Source: Anaerolineae bacterium | Lineage (GTDB): Bacteria; Chloroflexota; Anaerolineae; B4-G1; SLSP01 | NCBI GenBank assembly: GCA_035415725.1 | Contig: DAOOGN010000003.1 | Location: 7,776 to 71,775, forward strand | Reading direction: 5' to 3' | Length of the DNA stretch: 64,000 nt | In this document: positions 1 through 9,225 of the stretch, piece after piece | Position numbering within the stretch: the first letter of the stretch is position 1 | Layout: each line of letters begins with the position of its first letter | Notes under the pieces: generated by a model | What the model was told of the DNA's origin: nothing | The model's database searches: none | What the model saw: only the letters and a program-made list of their open reading frames with translations | Made by a program: the position numbers and the translations under genes

Positions 1-2858
1 CCCTCAAACGTAAGTGCAGGCAACGGATAGCTCCACGACACCGTTCCCGAAGCCGCCAACCACGTTTCCGCGCCCCAGTTGGCACCGCTCCAATACGCGC
101 CATCGACGCCGCGTTGCACCTGCACCATCACGTTCGTCAGCTCCCACCCCAGCGCCGATCCCGCAAAAGCCGGCGTCATGTTGTAAGCCCCACCGGCTTG
201 CGGCGTCAGAATCGCCGTATCGGGCGTCATACAGGCAGCGAGGAAGTCCAACGCGCGCGCCATCACGCTATCGCGCGACGGACGCGGCACAACTTCGAGC
301 GGAAAACCCAATACCAACAGCCGTTGACAGCCGGAGATATACTGAACCGCCGCATCGCCGCCTGTACCGCCGCCGTAATGGAGCGCGGACGTCGCACCGT
401 TCACGGGCGCTAGCACGTCGGGAGCATCGGCGTCGTATTCACCCGCGGCGTCGAAAGAGAAGACCGGCAGACCGGCGAAAGCACCGCCCGCCGTCGGCTG
501 AACGGTGTACGTCTGTGCATCGTCAGCGACGTAGCCGGCGCGCAATGTTTGATGCAGGAAGATGGGAGCACGTCCCATGCCTTCGAGATCCTCGGCCAGA
601 TTCGTGCCGCTGATGAGCAACGCCCGCCCGCTGTTCAGAAATGCCGCCAACGCGGTACGCTCAGCCGTGTTCAATGTACCATCCTCGAGTGTGGCTTCTT
701 CACCAAGAAGCCAATCAACAAGTACGGTGTCTTGCAGCGAAACAAGACCATCCGCCACCGCCTCATTGCTGGCGCTATTCCACGCATACGATGCGGGTAC
801 AGATGCACCGTGAGCGACGACATAATCCCGGCGGTTCATCCGCTCAAGCCACAGCCGCGCATTCGGGCCTTCGAGCGGGTCATACTCAATGACGATACCG
901 TCCGCGTCGAGCCGGTCGAAACCGTTGACGATCAACAACGTGGGCCGATCACCCACCCGTACACCCAAAACCTCCGTAGGGAAAGACTCCCCGCCGTCAT
1001 TGGTCGCCGTCACACGGACATAGAGCGTCTGCCCGGCGCTAAGTCCGGATAACGTGTACGATGTCCCGGCGACCGTGACCGGTGCACGCCACGCAAAGCC
1101 GTCCGGGCTGGTATAGACGCGATAGCCGGTCGCCGCTTCCCCGCGCAGTCCCACACCATCCGTCGGCGAGGGTTGCCACGCCACACGCACCGCGCCGCCG
1201 CCGAGGTTTTGCACGCGCAGATGGGTCGGCGGCTCCGGCAATGTGACCAGGTCCACACCGTCGCGCCCCTCAAAATAGGACACGATTCCCTGATAGACGG
1301 CTCGAGCTGCCAACTGATTGAAACGCGGATCCTTGAGCGCCCGCGCATCCTCCGGGTGATCGTGAAAGGCAAGCTCCAACAACATGCCGGGCATCTGCGT
1401 CGCGGGATCGTCATCCCACAACATCCGCAGTTCGCCCAAATCCATCTGACGTTGGCCTCGATCCACCCATGCGGCGTCCCAACCGGCATGAATGTCATGG
1501 AGCAGTTCCGTGTGCACGGCGGATTGCAGTTCCAGGCTACCGGCGGTACGGGGATAGGTATCTCCATTGTGAACATAGGATTCGGTGCCCCGCACCGTGC
1601 CATCATAACCGTTCGTGTGCCAGGAGATAAACAGCGCCTCCTCGCCACTGCCGGCATGATTCCAGCGCGCGTACAGCGGGCGGGCGGTGACATCGTTGAA
1701 ACCCTCCCCACCGGCGTAATTCAGTCCCATCCATTGGCTGTAGTAGAAAGTCGCCATCTCCCACCAGGAACGCTGCGGCGGATAGGGCGCATCGGTCACC
1801 ATACCGTTCAGGCTGTCGAAGCTGCCACTGCCCAGACGCAGTGCGTCGGCGATCACCACCGCGCCACTGCCTGCCACCGAAGCATTATCCAGCGTCACCG
1901 TCGTCGTCCCTGCGTAGAACGGGAACGTGCCCAGGTAGCGCCACGTCTGGGGGCGGATGCGCTGATCGAGCCGTACATCGGTCGTCCCGCCAGCATGGGA
2001 AACGGTATAATGCGCATCGGGCGCCCGATTCCCGCCGGAACGCACCCACGCATACAGCGCGTAGTCGCCGCTACGCGGGACGGCAATCTGCCAGGAGGCC
2101 GTCGCCGTCGGGATGCCCGCCACGGTAGCCGCAAAACGATATGTTCCACCGAGGTAGCCGGTCAACACCGTCGTAGCCCACGTTCCCGTTTCAACGTAGC
2201 CGGGCGTCCCCTGGTCATTGTCTACAATCACGCGCGCCGCGTTCCCATCGCGCTCGCGGACGGGGATGACCGTCGCGCCGGCGTTTTCAAGATAGGCGAT
2301 CAGATATGAACCTACGGCTTCGGCGTTGTTGTGATCCTCGATCAGCCCCTCCGTGACGCTGCGTTGCGGACGCCACGCTTGCGAGCTATAGCTCCACTGC
2401 CAGCCGTGCCCCGCACTGACGTAAACCGCCTTGCCCTCAAGCGCGCGCGAAAACTGCACAGAAGAAGGAGAGACGGTTGCGACAGAAGTCGTCATGGTAT
2501 CACCAGAACTGCGCGGCAGAAAACTCGAAAGTGCATGACATCTCCCATCCTCAGGATCTATTGCCTGCACATAAAGGATACGCCAATCGAGAGACGTGAG
2601 CGCCCGTTGGACAGCAGCCTGCACAACCTCAGCCTCCAACCCAGCGTCGGCGCGCAATTCCTCCGGCGGCACCTCCAAACAGACGGTGAGCGTTTGCCCG
2701 GCGGCAACGATCTGATGCCCAGGCCAGGGCAGAGCGGCATCTTCAAGAAGCGCCGCCGCCTGTGCCGCCAGGTCCGGCGGCGGTTCGACCGTCGCCATGC
2801 CCCCCATCAACAGCCCTGACACCAATACCACTCTCAGCCATTTTCCCCATTCAAGCAT
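1..2858 (-). CDS. secreted multidomain cell-wall hydrolase-like protein (N-acetylmuramoyl-L-alanine amidase / Amidase_3-like domain plus FN3/Ig-like repeats); start codon at 2858, C-terminus runs off the window edge
   Basis: Own reverse-complement translation from the ATG at 2858 gives the signal peptide MLEWGKWLRVVLVSGLLMGG. Internal segments ...EALFISWHTNGYDG... and ...MPGMLLELAFHDHPEDARALKDPRFNQLAARAVYQGI... match the Amidase_3 signature (SIHaNa ... PavLvElgF). It is absent from the ORF track because there is no stop inside the window. Confidence 0.6.
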   Translation of the reverse strand, partial: MLEWGKWLRVVLVSGLLMGGMATVEPPPDLAAQAAALLEDAALPWPGHQIVAAGQTLTVCLEVPPEELRADAGLEAEVVQAAVQRALTSLDWRILYVQAIDPEDGRCHALSSFLPRSSGDTMTTSVATVSPSSVQFSRALEGKAVYVSAGHGWQWSYSSQAWRPQRSVTEGLIEDHNNAEAVGSYLIAYLENAGATVIPVRERDGNAARVIVDNDQGTPGYVETGTWATTVLTGYLGGTYRFAATVAGIPTATASWQIAVPRSGDYALYAWVRSGGNRAPDAHYTVSHAGGTTDVRLDQRIRPQTWRYLGTFPFYAGTTTVTLDNASVAGSGAVVIADALRLGSGSFDSLNGMVTDAPYPPQRSWWEMATFYYSQWMGLNYAGGEGFNDVTARPLYARWNHAGSGEEALFISWHTNGYDGTVRGTESYVHNGDTYPRTAGSLELQSAVHTELLHDIHAGWDAAWVDRGQRQMDLGELRMLWDDDPATQMPGMLLELAFHDHPEDARALKDPRFNQLAARAVYQGIVSYFEGRDGVDLVTLPEPPTHLRVQNLGGGAVRVAWQPSPTDGVGLRGEAATGYRVYTSPDGFAWRAPVTVAGTSYTLSGLSAGQTLYVRVTATNDGGESFPTEVLGVRVGDRPTLLIVNGFDRLDADGIVIEYDPLEGPNARLWLERMNRRDYVVAHGASVPASYAWNSASNEAVADGLVSLQDTVLVDWLLGEEATLEDGTLNTAERTALAAFLNSGRALLISGTNLAEDLEGMGRAPIFLHQTLRAGYVADDAQTYTVQPTAGGAFAGLPVFSFDAAGEYDADAPDVLAPVNGATSALHYGGGTGGDAAVQYISGCQRLLVLGFPLEVVPRPSRDSVMARALDFLAACMTPDTAILTPQAGGAYNMTPAFAGSALGWELTNVMVQVQRGVDGAYWSGANWGAETWLAASGTVSWSYPLPALTFE

Positions 2859-3033
2859 ACAATTCCTTCGGAAAACTGTTTTCACGTCTAAACGTGCTGA
2901 ATAGTTCCAACGCCAGAACGAGTTTAGCACGCTTGAAGGACAAAACAACCCGGGTTGCTCTATCCGGCCCTTGTGTTACACTGCGTCCTATGAAATTACG
3001 GATGCCTCATGACAATCTTACGGAGGACAAAGA

Positions 3034-4410
3034 ATGAGCACGCTCCTGCTGAAAAACGCCACATTGTTGGTCACCATGGACGACCAACGCCGCCGTATCC
3101 CTCAAGGCAGTCTTTTTGTACGCGACCATGTCATCGAAGCTGTAGGGACGACTTCCGCGCTGGATCACTATCACGCCGATCATACCATCGATGCGACAGA
3201 CATGGTGATCCTGCCGGGGCTGATCAACACCCACCATCATCTCTACCAGACGCTCACCCGCGCCGTGCCCGCCGCCCAGGATGCAGTGTTGTTCAACTGG
3301 CTCAAGACGCTGTACCCGCTCTGGGCCGGGCTGACCGGCGAAGCCATCTACATCAGCGCGCTGACCGGGCTGGCGGAGTTGATGCTCTCCGGCTGCACCA
3401 CCGCCTCCGACCACCTGTACATCTTCCCCAACGATGCGCGCCTGGACGATGAGATTCGCGCCGCGCAGGAGATCGGCATCCGCTTCCACGCCACCCGCGG
3501 CGCGATGAGCCGTGGGGAAAGCCAGGGCGGCCTGCCGCCGGACCGCGTCGTTGAAGATGAGGCTTTCATCCTTAAGGATACGCAGCGCGTCATCGAAACC
3601 TATCACGACGCGCAGCCTTACGCGATGCTGCGCATTGCCGTCGCACCGTGTTCGCCGTTCTCCGTGACCGAGAACCTGATGCGCGAATCCGCGCGGCTGG
3701 CGCGCGCTTATGGCGTGCGCCTTCACACTCACCTGGCAGAAACCGCGGACGAGGAAGCCTTCTGCCTGGCGACTTCCGGGAAGCGCCCCGTGGCCTACGC
3801 CGCATCGTTGGACTGGCTCGGTGACGATGTCTGGTTCGCACACGGCGTCCACATCAACGCCGCAGAAATCCACGAGATGGCCCACACGCATACCGGCGTG
3901 GCCCACTGTCCTTCCAGCAACATGCGACTAGCTTCGGGAATTGCGCCGGTGCGCGCATACCTGGATGCAGGCGTGCCGGTCGGACTGGGCGTCGATGGTT
4001 CGGCCAGCAATGACAGTTCGCACATGCTGGCCGAGGCGCGCATGGCACTGCTCTTGCAGCGTGTTTCCGGCAACCCCGCCGGCCTCAGCGCCGAAGAAGC
4101 GCTCTGGATTGCCACGCGGGGCGGCGCCGCCGTCCTGGGGCGCGATGACATCGGGCAACTTGCGCCCGGCAAAGCCGCCGACTTCATCGGGTTACGCCTG
4201 GATACGCTCGCTTATGCCGGCGCCGCCGTCCACGATCCCCTGGCGGCGACCGTCTTCTGCCATCCACAAAATGTCGCTTTGTCCGTGATTAACGGGCGCG
4301 TCGTCATCCAAGAGGGGCAACTGCTCACGCTTGATTGGATACCCACGCTCGAGCGGCACAACGCCATCGCGCGCCAACTGGTTAGGACTTACACCAATTC
4401 CCGTTTGTAG
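3034..4410 (+). CDS. amidohydrolase-superfamily deaminase (8-oxoguanine deaminase / ATZ-TRZ / SsnA-like)
   Basis: 458-aa ORF with the metal-binding motif LPGLINTHHHLYQTLTR and HTHLAET...DG, typical of the 8-oxoguanine-deaminase/chlorohydrolase amidohydrolase clade. Confidence 0.8.
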   Translation: MSTLLLKNATLLVTMDDQRRRIPQGSLFVRDHVIEAVGTTSALDHYHADHTIDATDMVILPGLINTHHHLYQTLTRAVPAAQDAVLFNWLKTLYPLWAGLTGEAIYISALTGLAELMLSGCTTASDHLYIFPNDARLDDEIRAAQEIGIRFHATRGAMSRGESQGGLPPDRVVEDEAFILKDTQRVIETYHDAQPYAMLRIAVAPCSPFSVTENLMRESARLARAYGVRLHTHLAETADEEAFCLATSGKRPVAYAASLDWLGDDVWFAHGVHINAAEIHEMAHTHTGVAHCPSSNMRLASGIAPVRAYLDAGVPVGLGVDGSASNDSSHMLAEARMALLLQRVSGNPAGLSAEEALWIATRGGAAVLGRDDIGQLAPGKAADFIGLRLDTLAYAGAAVHDPLAATVFCHPQNVALSVINGRVVIQEGQLLTLDWIPTLERHNAIARQLVRTYTNSRL

Positions 4411-4488
4411 GCGTCAGTCACTACAGGCTCTCCGCCGCTTGATTCGAGCCAGGCTTGCAGCAGTCCTGGGGTGCAGACTCAATAAAAC

Positions 4489-4521
4489 GAGCCGGTCGAG
4501 CTGTTTAAGCTCGACCGGCTC
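4489..4521 (-). terminator. intrinsic terminator hairpin (13-bp perfect stem GAGCCGGTCGAGC, 7-nt loop) followed on the minus strand by GTTTTATTGA; terminates tRNA-Ser
   Basis: Perfect inverted repeat seen directly. The U-rich tail is present only on the minus strand, immediately 3' of the tRNA. Confidence 0.6.
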
Positions 4522-4535
4522 GTGAGGCTGTACAG

Positions 4536-4622
4536 CGGAGAGGGTGGGATTCGAACCCACGGTAGCCCGAAGACTACAACGGTTTTCGAGACCGCCCCGA
4601 TCAGCCGCTCCGGCACCTCTCC
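4536..4622 (-). tRNA. tRNA-Ser (anticodon CGA), long variable arm, CCA not encoded
   Basis: Minus-strand sequence GGAGAGGTGCCGGAGCGGCTGATCGG...GGTCTCGAAAACC...GTGGGTTCGAATCCCACCCTCTCCG. The 7-nt anticodon loop is CTCGAAA (anticodon CGA). The T-arm GGTTCGAATCC, ~87-nt length and G discriminator are consistent with Ser. Confidence 0.85.
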
Positions 4623-4633
4623 CCCCAACGCGC

Positions 4634-4661
4634 ATTATACCATGAAGAGCCGCCTACGCAA
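4634..4661 (-). promoter_or_regulatory. sigma70-like promoter for tRNA-Ser (TTGCGT-16-TATAAT on the minus strand, -10 ending 11 nt before the tRNA 5' end)
   Basis: Hexamers read directly on the minus strand. Confidence 0.4.
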
Positions 4662-4675
4662 CGCCCCCCAGCCGG

Positions 4676-4703
4676 TTGACATCCAACGACCGCCCGCTAT
4701 AAT
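4676..4703 (+). promoter_or_regulatory. near-consensus sigma70 promoter TTGACA-16-TATAAT upstream of the GtrA gene (divergent from the tRNA promoter)
   Basis: TTGACA at 4676-4681, 16-nt spacer, TATAAT at 4698-4703; ~58 nt upstream of the ATG at 4761. Confidence 0.5.
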
Positions 4704-4760
4704 CGCAGCAGGTCGCCGAAGGAGCACCCGGCTCGACCCATACGTTGACAAGAGGCACTC

Positions 4761-5234
4761 ATGACAAACAAACTTGCACACTGGACCACGAACAACCGTA
4801 CAGAACTCATCCGCTTCGGTAAATTTGCAGTGGTGGGTACCATCGGCGCCGTGGTGGACTTCGGCATCCTATACCTGCTCCACGCAGTTCTGCACTGGCA
4901 CCTGGCGCTTTCCAATACGATCTCTTTCACCTGCGCGGTGCTCAGTAACTTTACCTGGAATCGTTACTGGACCTACCCCGATTCCCGCTCTAAGCCCATT
5001 CGCACCCAATTAGGACAGTTTTTTGTCGTGAACATTATCGGCTGGGCCATCAACACCGGCATTTTACTGGCGCTCAACGTCCCCTTGACCACCCTGGCAG
5101 GCAATCTGAGCTTCGTCGCCACAGCAGAAACGGCTCACAAAATCGGTTACAATGCGGCCAAAATTATCGCTACCGGCGTGGTGTTGTTCTGGAATTTCTT
5201 CATCAACCGCTTTTGGACCTACAACGACGTTTAA
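4761..5234 (+). CDS. gtrA: GtrA-family membrane protein (polyprenyl-phosphate sugar flippase-like)
   Basis: 157 aa with 4 TM helices and the typical GtrA motifs (FGKFAVVGTIGAVVDFGILYLL ... NFFINRFWTY). Confidence 0.8.
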   Translation: MTNKLAHWTTNNRTELIRFGKFAVVGTIGAVVDFGILYLLHAVLHWHLALSNTISFTCAVLSNFTWNRYWTYPDSRSKPIRTQLGQFFVVNIIGWAINTGILLALNVPLTTLAGNLSFVATAETAHKIGYNAAKIIATGVVLFWNFFINRFWTYNDV

Positions 5235-6481
5235 GGGTACCGACTCAGCCACCGGCAGAGGAAAAGGGGGCGAAAAAGTGGGATGTAGCGGACAGCAAGT
5301 TGACTAGCCTGAATAGATCAGTGAACATCGCCATAGATTACACAGCCGCGGCGCGGCAGGGGGCGGGCATTGGCCGGTACGCCCGCGAGCTGATCGATGC
5401 CGTCCTGGCCTCCACCGCCGGGCACGATTTTGTACTGCTGACGGCAGCGGCGGGCCTGGGCGAATCATGGGCGCGCACGCGGCAGCGATTGTACGCGACA
5501 GCAGCGCGTCCCACCGGGTTGACTTTCCGCGACTTGCCCCTCACCGATGACTGGATGGCGCGGCTCTGGCAGCGTCTGCGTCTGCCCCTGCCCGCCGAAT
5601 GGATCACGGGCCGCGTGGACGTCTTCTACTCCCCGGATTTCGTCCTGCCGCCGCTTCAACGCACGACTTGCGCGCTATTGACCGTCCACGATCTTTCATT
5701 TTTGCGCCATCCTGAAACCTTCCCGCCCAAACTCGGCGCTTACCTGGAAAAAGCCGTACCGCGCAGCGTCGCCCGCGCCGATCACATCCTCGCCGATTCA
5801 GAGGCTACCCGCAGGGATCTGATCAATCTGCTAGACGTGGCGCCGGCCCAAGTCACCACACTGTATGGCGGCGTCAACACACGCTTCACGCCGCAAGCGG
5901 CAAACGATGAACGCGCGTACCTGCAGACGCGCTATGGCATCGGCGCGCGCCCCTACATCCTGGCCGTCGGCACCGTCCAACCGCGCAAGAACTACATCCG
6001 GCTGATGGAAGCCTGTGATCCTCTCGCCAGACAACGGGACCTCGATCTCGTGATAGCCGGTCGGCCGGCGTGGCTGGCAGAGCCGATTGTGGCCGCAGCC
6101 GAAAAACGGCCCTATGTCCACCGGCTGGGCTTCTGCGACGAGGCAGACCTCCCCGCCCTGTACCGCCAGGCGGCACTCCTGGCCTTCCCCAGCGTGTACG
6201 AAGGCTTCGGTTTCCCGCCTCTGGAAGCAATGGCGTGCGGCACCCCCGTCGTCGCCTCCACGGCCTCCAGCGTGCCGGAGGTCGTCGGGGAAGCGGGGCT
6301 GCAGGTCGATCCCCTGGACATCCCCGCGTGGACGGCGGCGCTGGAGCAGGGACTCGACGACATGACCTTGCGCGAACAACTTCGCCAGGCCGGCCTGGCG
6401 CGCGCGGCGACCTTCACCTGGACGCGAACAGCACAAAAATGGCTGGCAGTGGTGCAAGCAATAATGGAGAGTGGACGGTAG
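5213..6481 (+). CDS. glycosyltransferase family 4 (GT-B, RfaG-like); true start probably the GTG near 5321 rather than the ORF-track start overlapping gtrA
   Basis: C-terminal GT4 signature ...ILAVGTVQPRKN...FPSVYEGFGFPPLEAMACGTPVVAS... . Confidence 0.8.
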   Translation: MDLQRRLRVPTQPPAEEKGAKKWDVADSKLTSLNRSVNIAIDYTAAARQGAGIGRYARELIDAVLASTAGHDFVLLTAAAGLGESWARTRQRLYATAARPTGLTFRDLPLTDDWMARLWQRLRLPLPAEWITGRVDVFYSPDFVLPPLQRTTCALLTVHDLSFLRHPETFPPKLGAYLEKAVPRSVARADHILADSEATRRDLINLLDVAPAQVTTLYGGVNTRFTPQAANDERAYLQTRYGIGARPYILAVGTVQPRKNYIRLMEACDPLARQRDLDLVIAGRPAWLAEPIVAAAEKRPYVHRLGFCDEADLPALYRQAALLAFPSVYEGFGFPPLEAMACGTPVVASTASSVPEVVGEAGLQVDPLDIPAWTAALEQGLDDMTLREQLRQAGLARAATFTWTRTAQKWLAVVQAIMESGR

Positions 6482-6552
6482 ATAAGGGGAGAAAGACAAC
6501 CGCCGGCTTTAGTTTTTCAATTTTCGACTTTAGATTATCCTCGGAGGTATGT

Positions 6553-7221
6553 ATGGGACAAAAGTATACCCTTGCCGTTCTTGGCGGGACGGGCAACGAA
6601 GGCCCCGGCCTCGCCATGCGTTGGGCCAAAGCCGGACACACTGTCATCATCGGATCGCGGGAGGCCGAAAAGGCCCAGCGCGTCGCCGACGAAATCAACA
6701 CGAAACTCGGCGCCCCGCGCGTCAGCGGTATGGCGAACGCCGACGCCGCGCGCACGTGCGCTGTCGCCGTGCTGACTGTGCCCTACGCTGTGCAGAACGC
6801 GCTCCTGGAAACGCTCAGAGATACGCTCCAGGGCAAAACGCTGATCAACGTCAACGTTGCCATGAAACCGCCCCATGTCGCCCAGGTCTACATCCCCCCG
6901 GAAGGCTCGGCTGCCGAGCAAGCGCAGGCCATTCTCGGCTCCGGCGTGGACGTGGTTGCCGCGTTCCAGAACGTCGGCGCGGCTACACTGGAAAACCCTG
7001 ACCATCCCATCGCCTGTGATGTGCTGGTCTGCGGCGACAAAAAAGCCGCCAAGGCGATTGCCATCCAGCTTGCCGCGGACATCGGCACGCGCGGCATCGA
7101 CGCCGGTCCGCTGGTCAACGCCAAAGTCGTCGAGGGGCTAACCTCGGTGTTGATCGGCATCAACATCCGCTACAAAGTGCCCGGATCGGGCATCCGCATC
7201 ACCGGCCTGCCGGAAGGTTAA
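6553..7221 (+). CDS. fno: NADPH-dependent F420 reductase (Fno/NpdG)
   Basis: MGQKYTLAVLGGTGNEGPGLAMRWAKAGHTVIIGSREAEKAQ matches the Fno N-terminal Rossmann signature. The start ATG at 6553 is preceded by GGAGGT. The longer ORF-track version (6070) overlaps the upstream glycosyltransferase and is rejected. Confidence 0.85.
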   Translation: MGQKYTLAVLGGTGNEGPGLAMRWAKAGHTVIIGSREAEKAQRVADEINTKLGAPRVSGMANADAARTCAVAVLTVPYAVQNALLETLRDTLQGKTLINVNVAMKPPHVAQVYIPPEGSAAEQAQAILGSGVDVVAAFQNVGAATLENPDHPIACDVLVCGDKKAAKAIAIQLAADIGTRGIDAGPLVNAKVVEGLTSVLIGINIRYKVPGSGIRITGLPEG

Positions 7222-7223
7222 CC

Positions 7224-7991
7224 ATGCCGCAGCCGTCCATGGCGCTCTACGCACTGCCGGACATCCCCCTCGTCCAGGCCGGCGATGACCTGGCACAGTT
7301 GATCCTCGGGGCGCTGGAGCGGGCCGGACTCACCCTCGTCGACAACGACGTGGTGGTCGTGACGCACAAGATCGTCTCCAAGGCTGAAGGGTGCACCGTG
7401 AAACTGGCCGATGTGCAGCCCTCACCGGCAGCGCAGGTCCTGGCCGCCGCTACGGACAAAGACCCGCGTCTGGTCGAAGTGATTCTGCGCGGATCGCGCG
7501 GCGTCGTGCGCCAGCGCCGGGGCACGCTGATTATGGAGACGCGCCACGGCTGGATTTGCGCCAACGCCGGCGTGGATCGCTCCAACATCGCCGGCCCCGC
7601 GGGTGAGATAGCGCTCACGCTGCCAGTTGATCCCGACGCCTCGGCGCGGCGCCTCCGCGAGAGGCTCATCGAAGCGACCGGCGCGGATGTCGCCGTCATC
7701 ATCAGCGACACGCACGGACGCGCCTGGCGTCTGGGGACGGTCAACGTGGCGCTAGGCGTCGCCGGGATGTTGCCCATCGCCGATCTGCGCGGGCAGTCGG
7801 ACATGGTCGGCTACACCCTGCGCGTCACCACCGTCGCCCGCGCCGACGAGCTGGCAGCGGCGGCGGGCCTCGTCACCGGGCAGGCGGCGGAAGGCCTACC
7901 CGTCGTCCTGATCCGCGGTGCCGCCTACCCCCATGGCGATGGTCGCGCCACGGACATGCAACGCCCGGTTGAAAAAGACTTGTTCAGATAA
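7224..7991 (+). CDS. cofE: coenzyme F420-0:L-glutamate ligase (CofE)
   Basis: 255 aa with [14 protein letters not shown] ... [15 protein letters not shown], the conserved CofE motifs. It is translationally coupled to fno (3-nt gap). Confidence 0.85.
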   Translation: MPQPSMALYALPDIPLVQAGDDLAQLILGALERAGLTLVDNDVVVVTHKIVSKAEGCTVKLADVQPSPAAQVLAAATDKDPRLVEVILRGSRGVVRQRRGTLIMETRHGWICANAGVDRSNIAGPAGEIALTLPVDPDASARRLRERLIEATGADVAVIISDTHGRAWRLGTVNVALGVAGMLPIADLRGQSDMVGYTLRVTTVARADELAAAAGLVTGQAAEGLPVVLIRGAAYPHGDGRATDMQRPVEKDLFR

Positions 7992-8061
7992 AACAAATCG
8001 GCGAATGAAAGAAGGCACGCTCATTCGCCGGGTCGCTCAGGCTAACATTCAGGAGGTCATT

Positions 8062-9069
8062 ATGCCACAAAACGATATTCCACGAGTAGGATTGTATTTG
8101 CAGGACGCCCACCCCCTCCGCGACGGGATGGCCTACGCGCAATACGCGGAGGAACGCGGCTTCGAGGCCGTCTGGCAGGCAGAAAGCCGTCTCGTCCGCG
8201 ACGCTATTGTGCCCATGGCGGCTTACGCCGCCGTGACGAGCAGCATCAAGATCGGCTCCGGCGTCATCAACAACTGGACACGCAACATCGGCCTGTTAGC
8301 GGCGACGTTCCTCACGTTGGACGACCTGGCCCCCAACCGCATCATCTGCGGCATCGGCGCGTGGTGGGATCCACTGGCGAAGAACGTCGGTATCGACCGA
8401 CGCAAGCCGCTCGTCGCCATGCGCGAGACCGTCGAGGTACTGCGCAAGCTGTTGGCGTTGGAGCGGGTCACGTACCACGGCGAATTCCATTCCGTGAACA
8501 ACATCGAGCTGGACGTCGTCCACGGACGGCGGGAGCCGCGCCACGTCCCCATCATGATCGGCGCGACCGGCCCACAGATGCTGGAGCTGGCCGGCGAAAT
8601 CGCCGACGGCGCGGTGCTCAACTATTGCGTACCGCCGGAATACAACGACGAGGCGCTGGAACTGCTGGACAAGGGCGCGCGCAAGGCCGGGCGCACGGTG
8701 GATGACCTCGACCGCCCGCAGCTCGTCGTCTGCTCGGTCCACGAGGATCAGGCCGAAGCTATCCGCGGCGCGAAGATGCTCCTGACGCAATATCTCGCGC
8801 AGCAGCCGCACATCGCCAAAGCCAGCGGGGTAAAAAAGGACGTCGTGGAAAAAATTCAGAGCATGCTGGGCTGGCCGGCCACCAAAGAGCAGATCGAGAA
8901 AGCGATGATCTACGTCCCCGACGAGCTGGTACTCAAGATCACCGCCACCGGCACACCGGAAGAAGCGCGGGCCAAAGTGCAAGAATACATCAAGCGCGGC
9001 GCAACATGCCCGGTTCTCTATCCACTTGGCGACGTGCGGCTGATGATCGATACGTTTGCGACGAAGTAA
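8062..9069 (+). CDS. luciferase-like monooxygenase-family F420-dependent oxidoreductase
   Basis: LLM-fold signatures (GLYLQDAHP..., [35 protein letters not shown]). The ATG at 8062 is preceded by AGGAGG. It is adjacent to fno-cofE. Confidence 0.8.
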   Translation: MPQNDIPRVGLYLQDAHPLRDGMAYAQYAEERGFEAVWQAESRLVRDAIVPMAAYAAVTSSIKIGSGVINNWTRNIGLLAATFLTLDDLAPNRIICGIGAWWDPLAKNVGIDRRKPLVAMRETVEVLRKLLALERVTYHGEFHSVNNIELDVVHGRREPRHVPIMIGATGPQMLELAGEIADGAVLNYCVPPEYNDEALELLDKGARKAGRTVDDLDRPQLVVCSVHEDQAEAIRGAKMLLTQYLAQQPHIAKASGVKKDVVEKIQSMLGWPATKEQIEKAMIYVPDELVLKITATGTPEEARAKVQEYIKRGATCPVLYPLGDVRLMIDTFATK

Positions 9070-9160
9070 ATCCCGGCCTGTGGAAAACAGGCGTAATTGT
9101 GGTATGATTTCTGTAACTATTCAGCCGCCCTTGCCAGGGGGCGAACGGGACTTGGGGAAT

Positions 9161-9225
9161 AAAGAATTTGTGTTTTTTCTGTGAACTCTGGGTACTCTGT
9201 GGCTATTTTCAAGGGAGATGATTCA
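9161..9225 (+). promoter_or_regulatory. conserved promoter/5'-leader cassette, copy A (AAAGAA-TTTGTGTTTTTTCTGTGAACTCTGGGTACTCTGTGGCTATTTTCAAGGGAG...ATG)
   Basis: Two further near-identical copies lie at 48163-48226 and 60615-60676, each ending in an SD 7-9 nt before an ATG. Confidence 0.5.

Noticed and set aside
1173-2309. Long plus-strand ORF (378 aa); similar long ORFs at 3007-3906(-), 18412-19626(+), 25399-26337(-), 32603-33913(+), 34559-36304(+), 36641-38263(+), 49166-50089(-), 53596-55386(+), 59367-60575(-)
   Set aside because: All are antisense or off-frame to genes with clear family motifs. Their translations are Arg/His/Pro/Gly-rich with no motifs, which is typical of spurious open frames in ~63 % GC DNA.
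2859-3033. Possible purine riboswitch upstream of the guanine-deaminase-like gene
   Set aside because: No match to the conserved purine-riboswitch junction sequences. Only irregular short complementary segments are present.
4411-4760. Genomic-island insertion at tRNA-Ser
   Set aside because: There is no integrase, direct repeat of the tRNA 3' end, or compositional shift on either side of the tRNA.
6070-7221. ORF-track 383-aa version of the Fno gene; analogous N-terminal extensions at 7918, 9181, 15829, 24777, 25546, 60434, 23134-24609, 41632 and 59165
   Set aside because: The extensions overlap upstream genes, lack RBS support and carry no domain. Internal ATGs with GGAGG-type SDs and full-length family alignment define the shorter starts used.
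9181-9215. Reading the conserved leader cassette strictly as a sigma54 promoter
   Set aside because: The GG-N10-GC spacing fits, but both hexamers deviate from TGGCAC/TTGCA, and presence of rpoN cannot be checked. It is left as a hypothesis inside the finding rather than a call.
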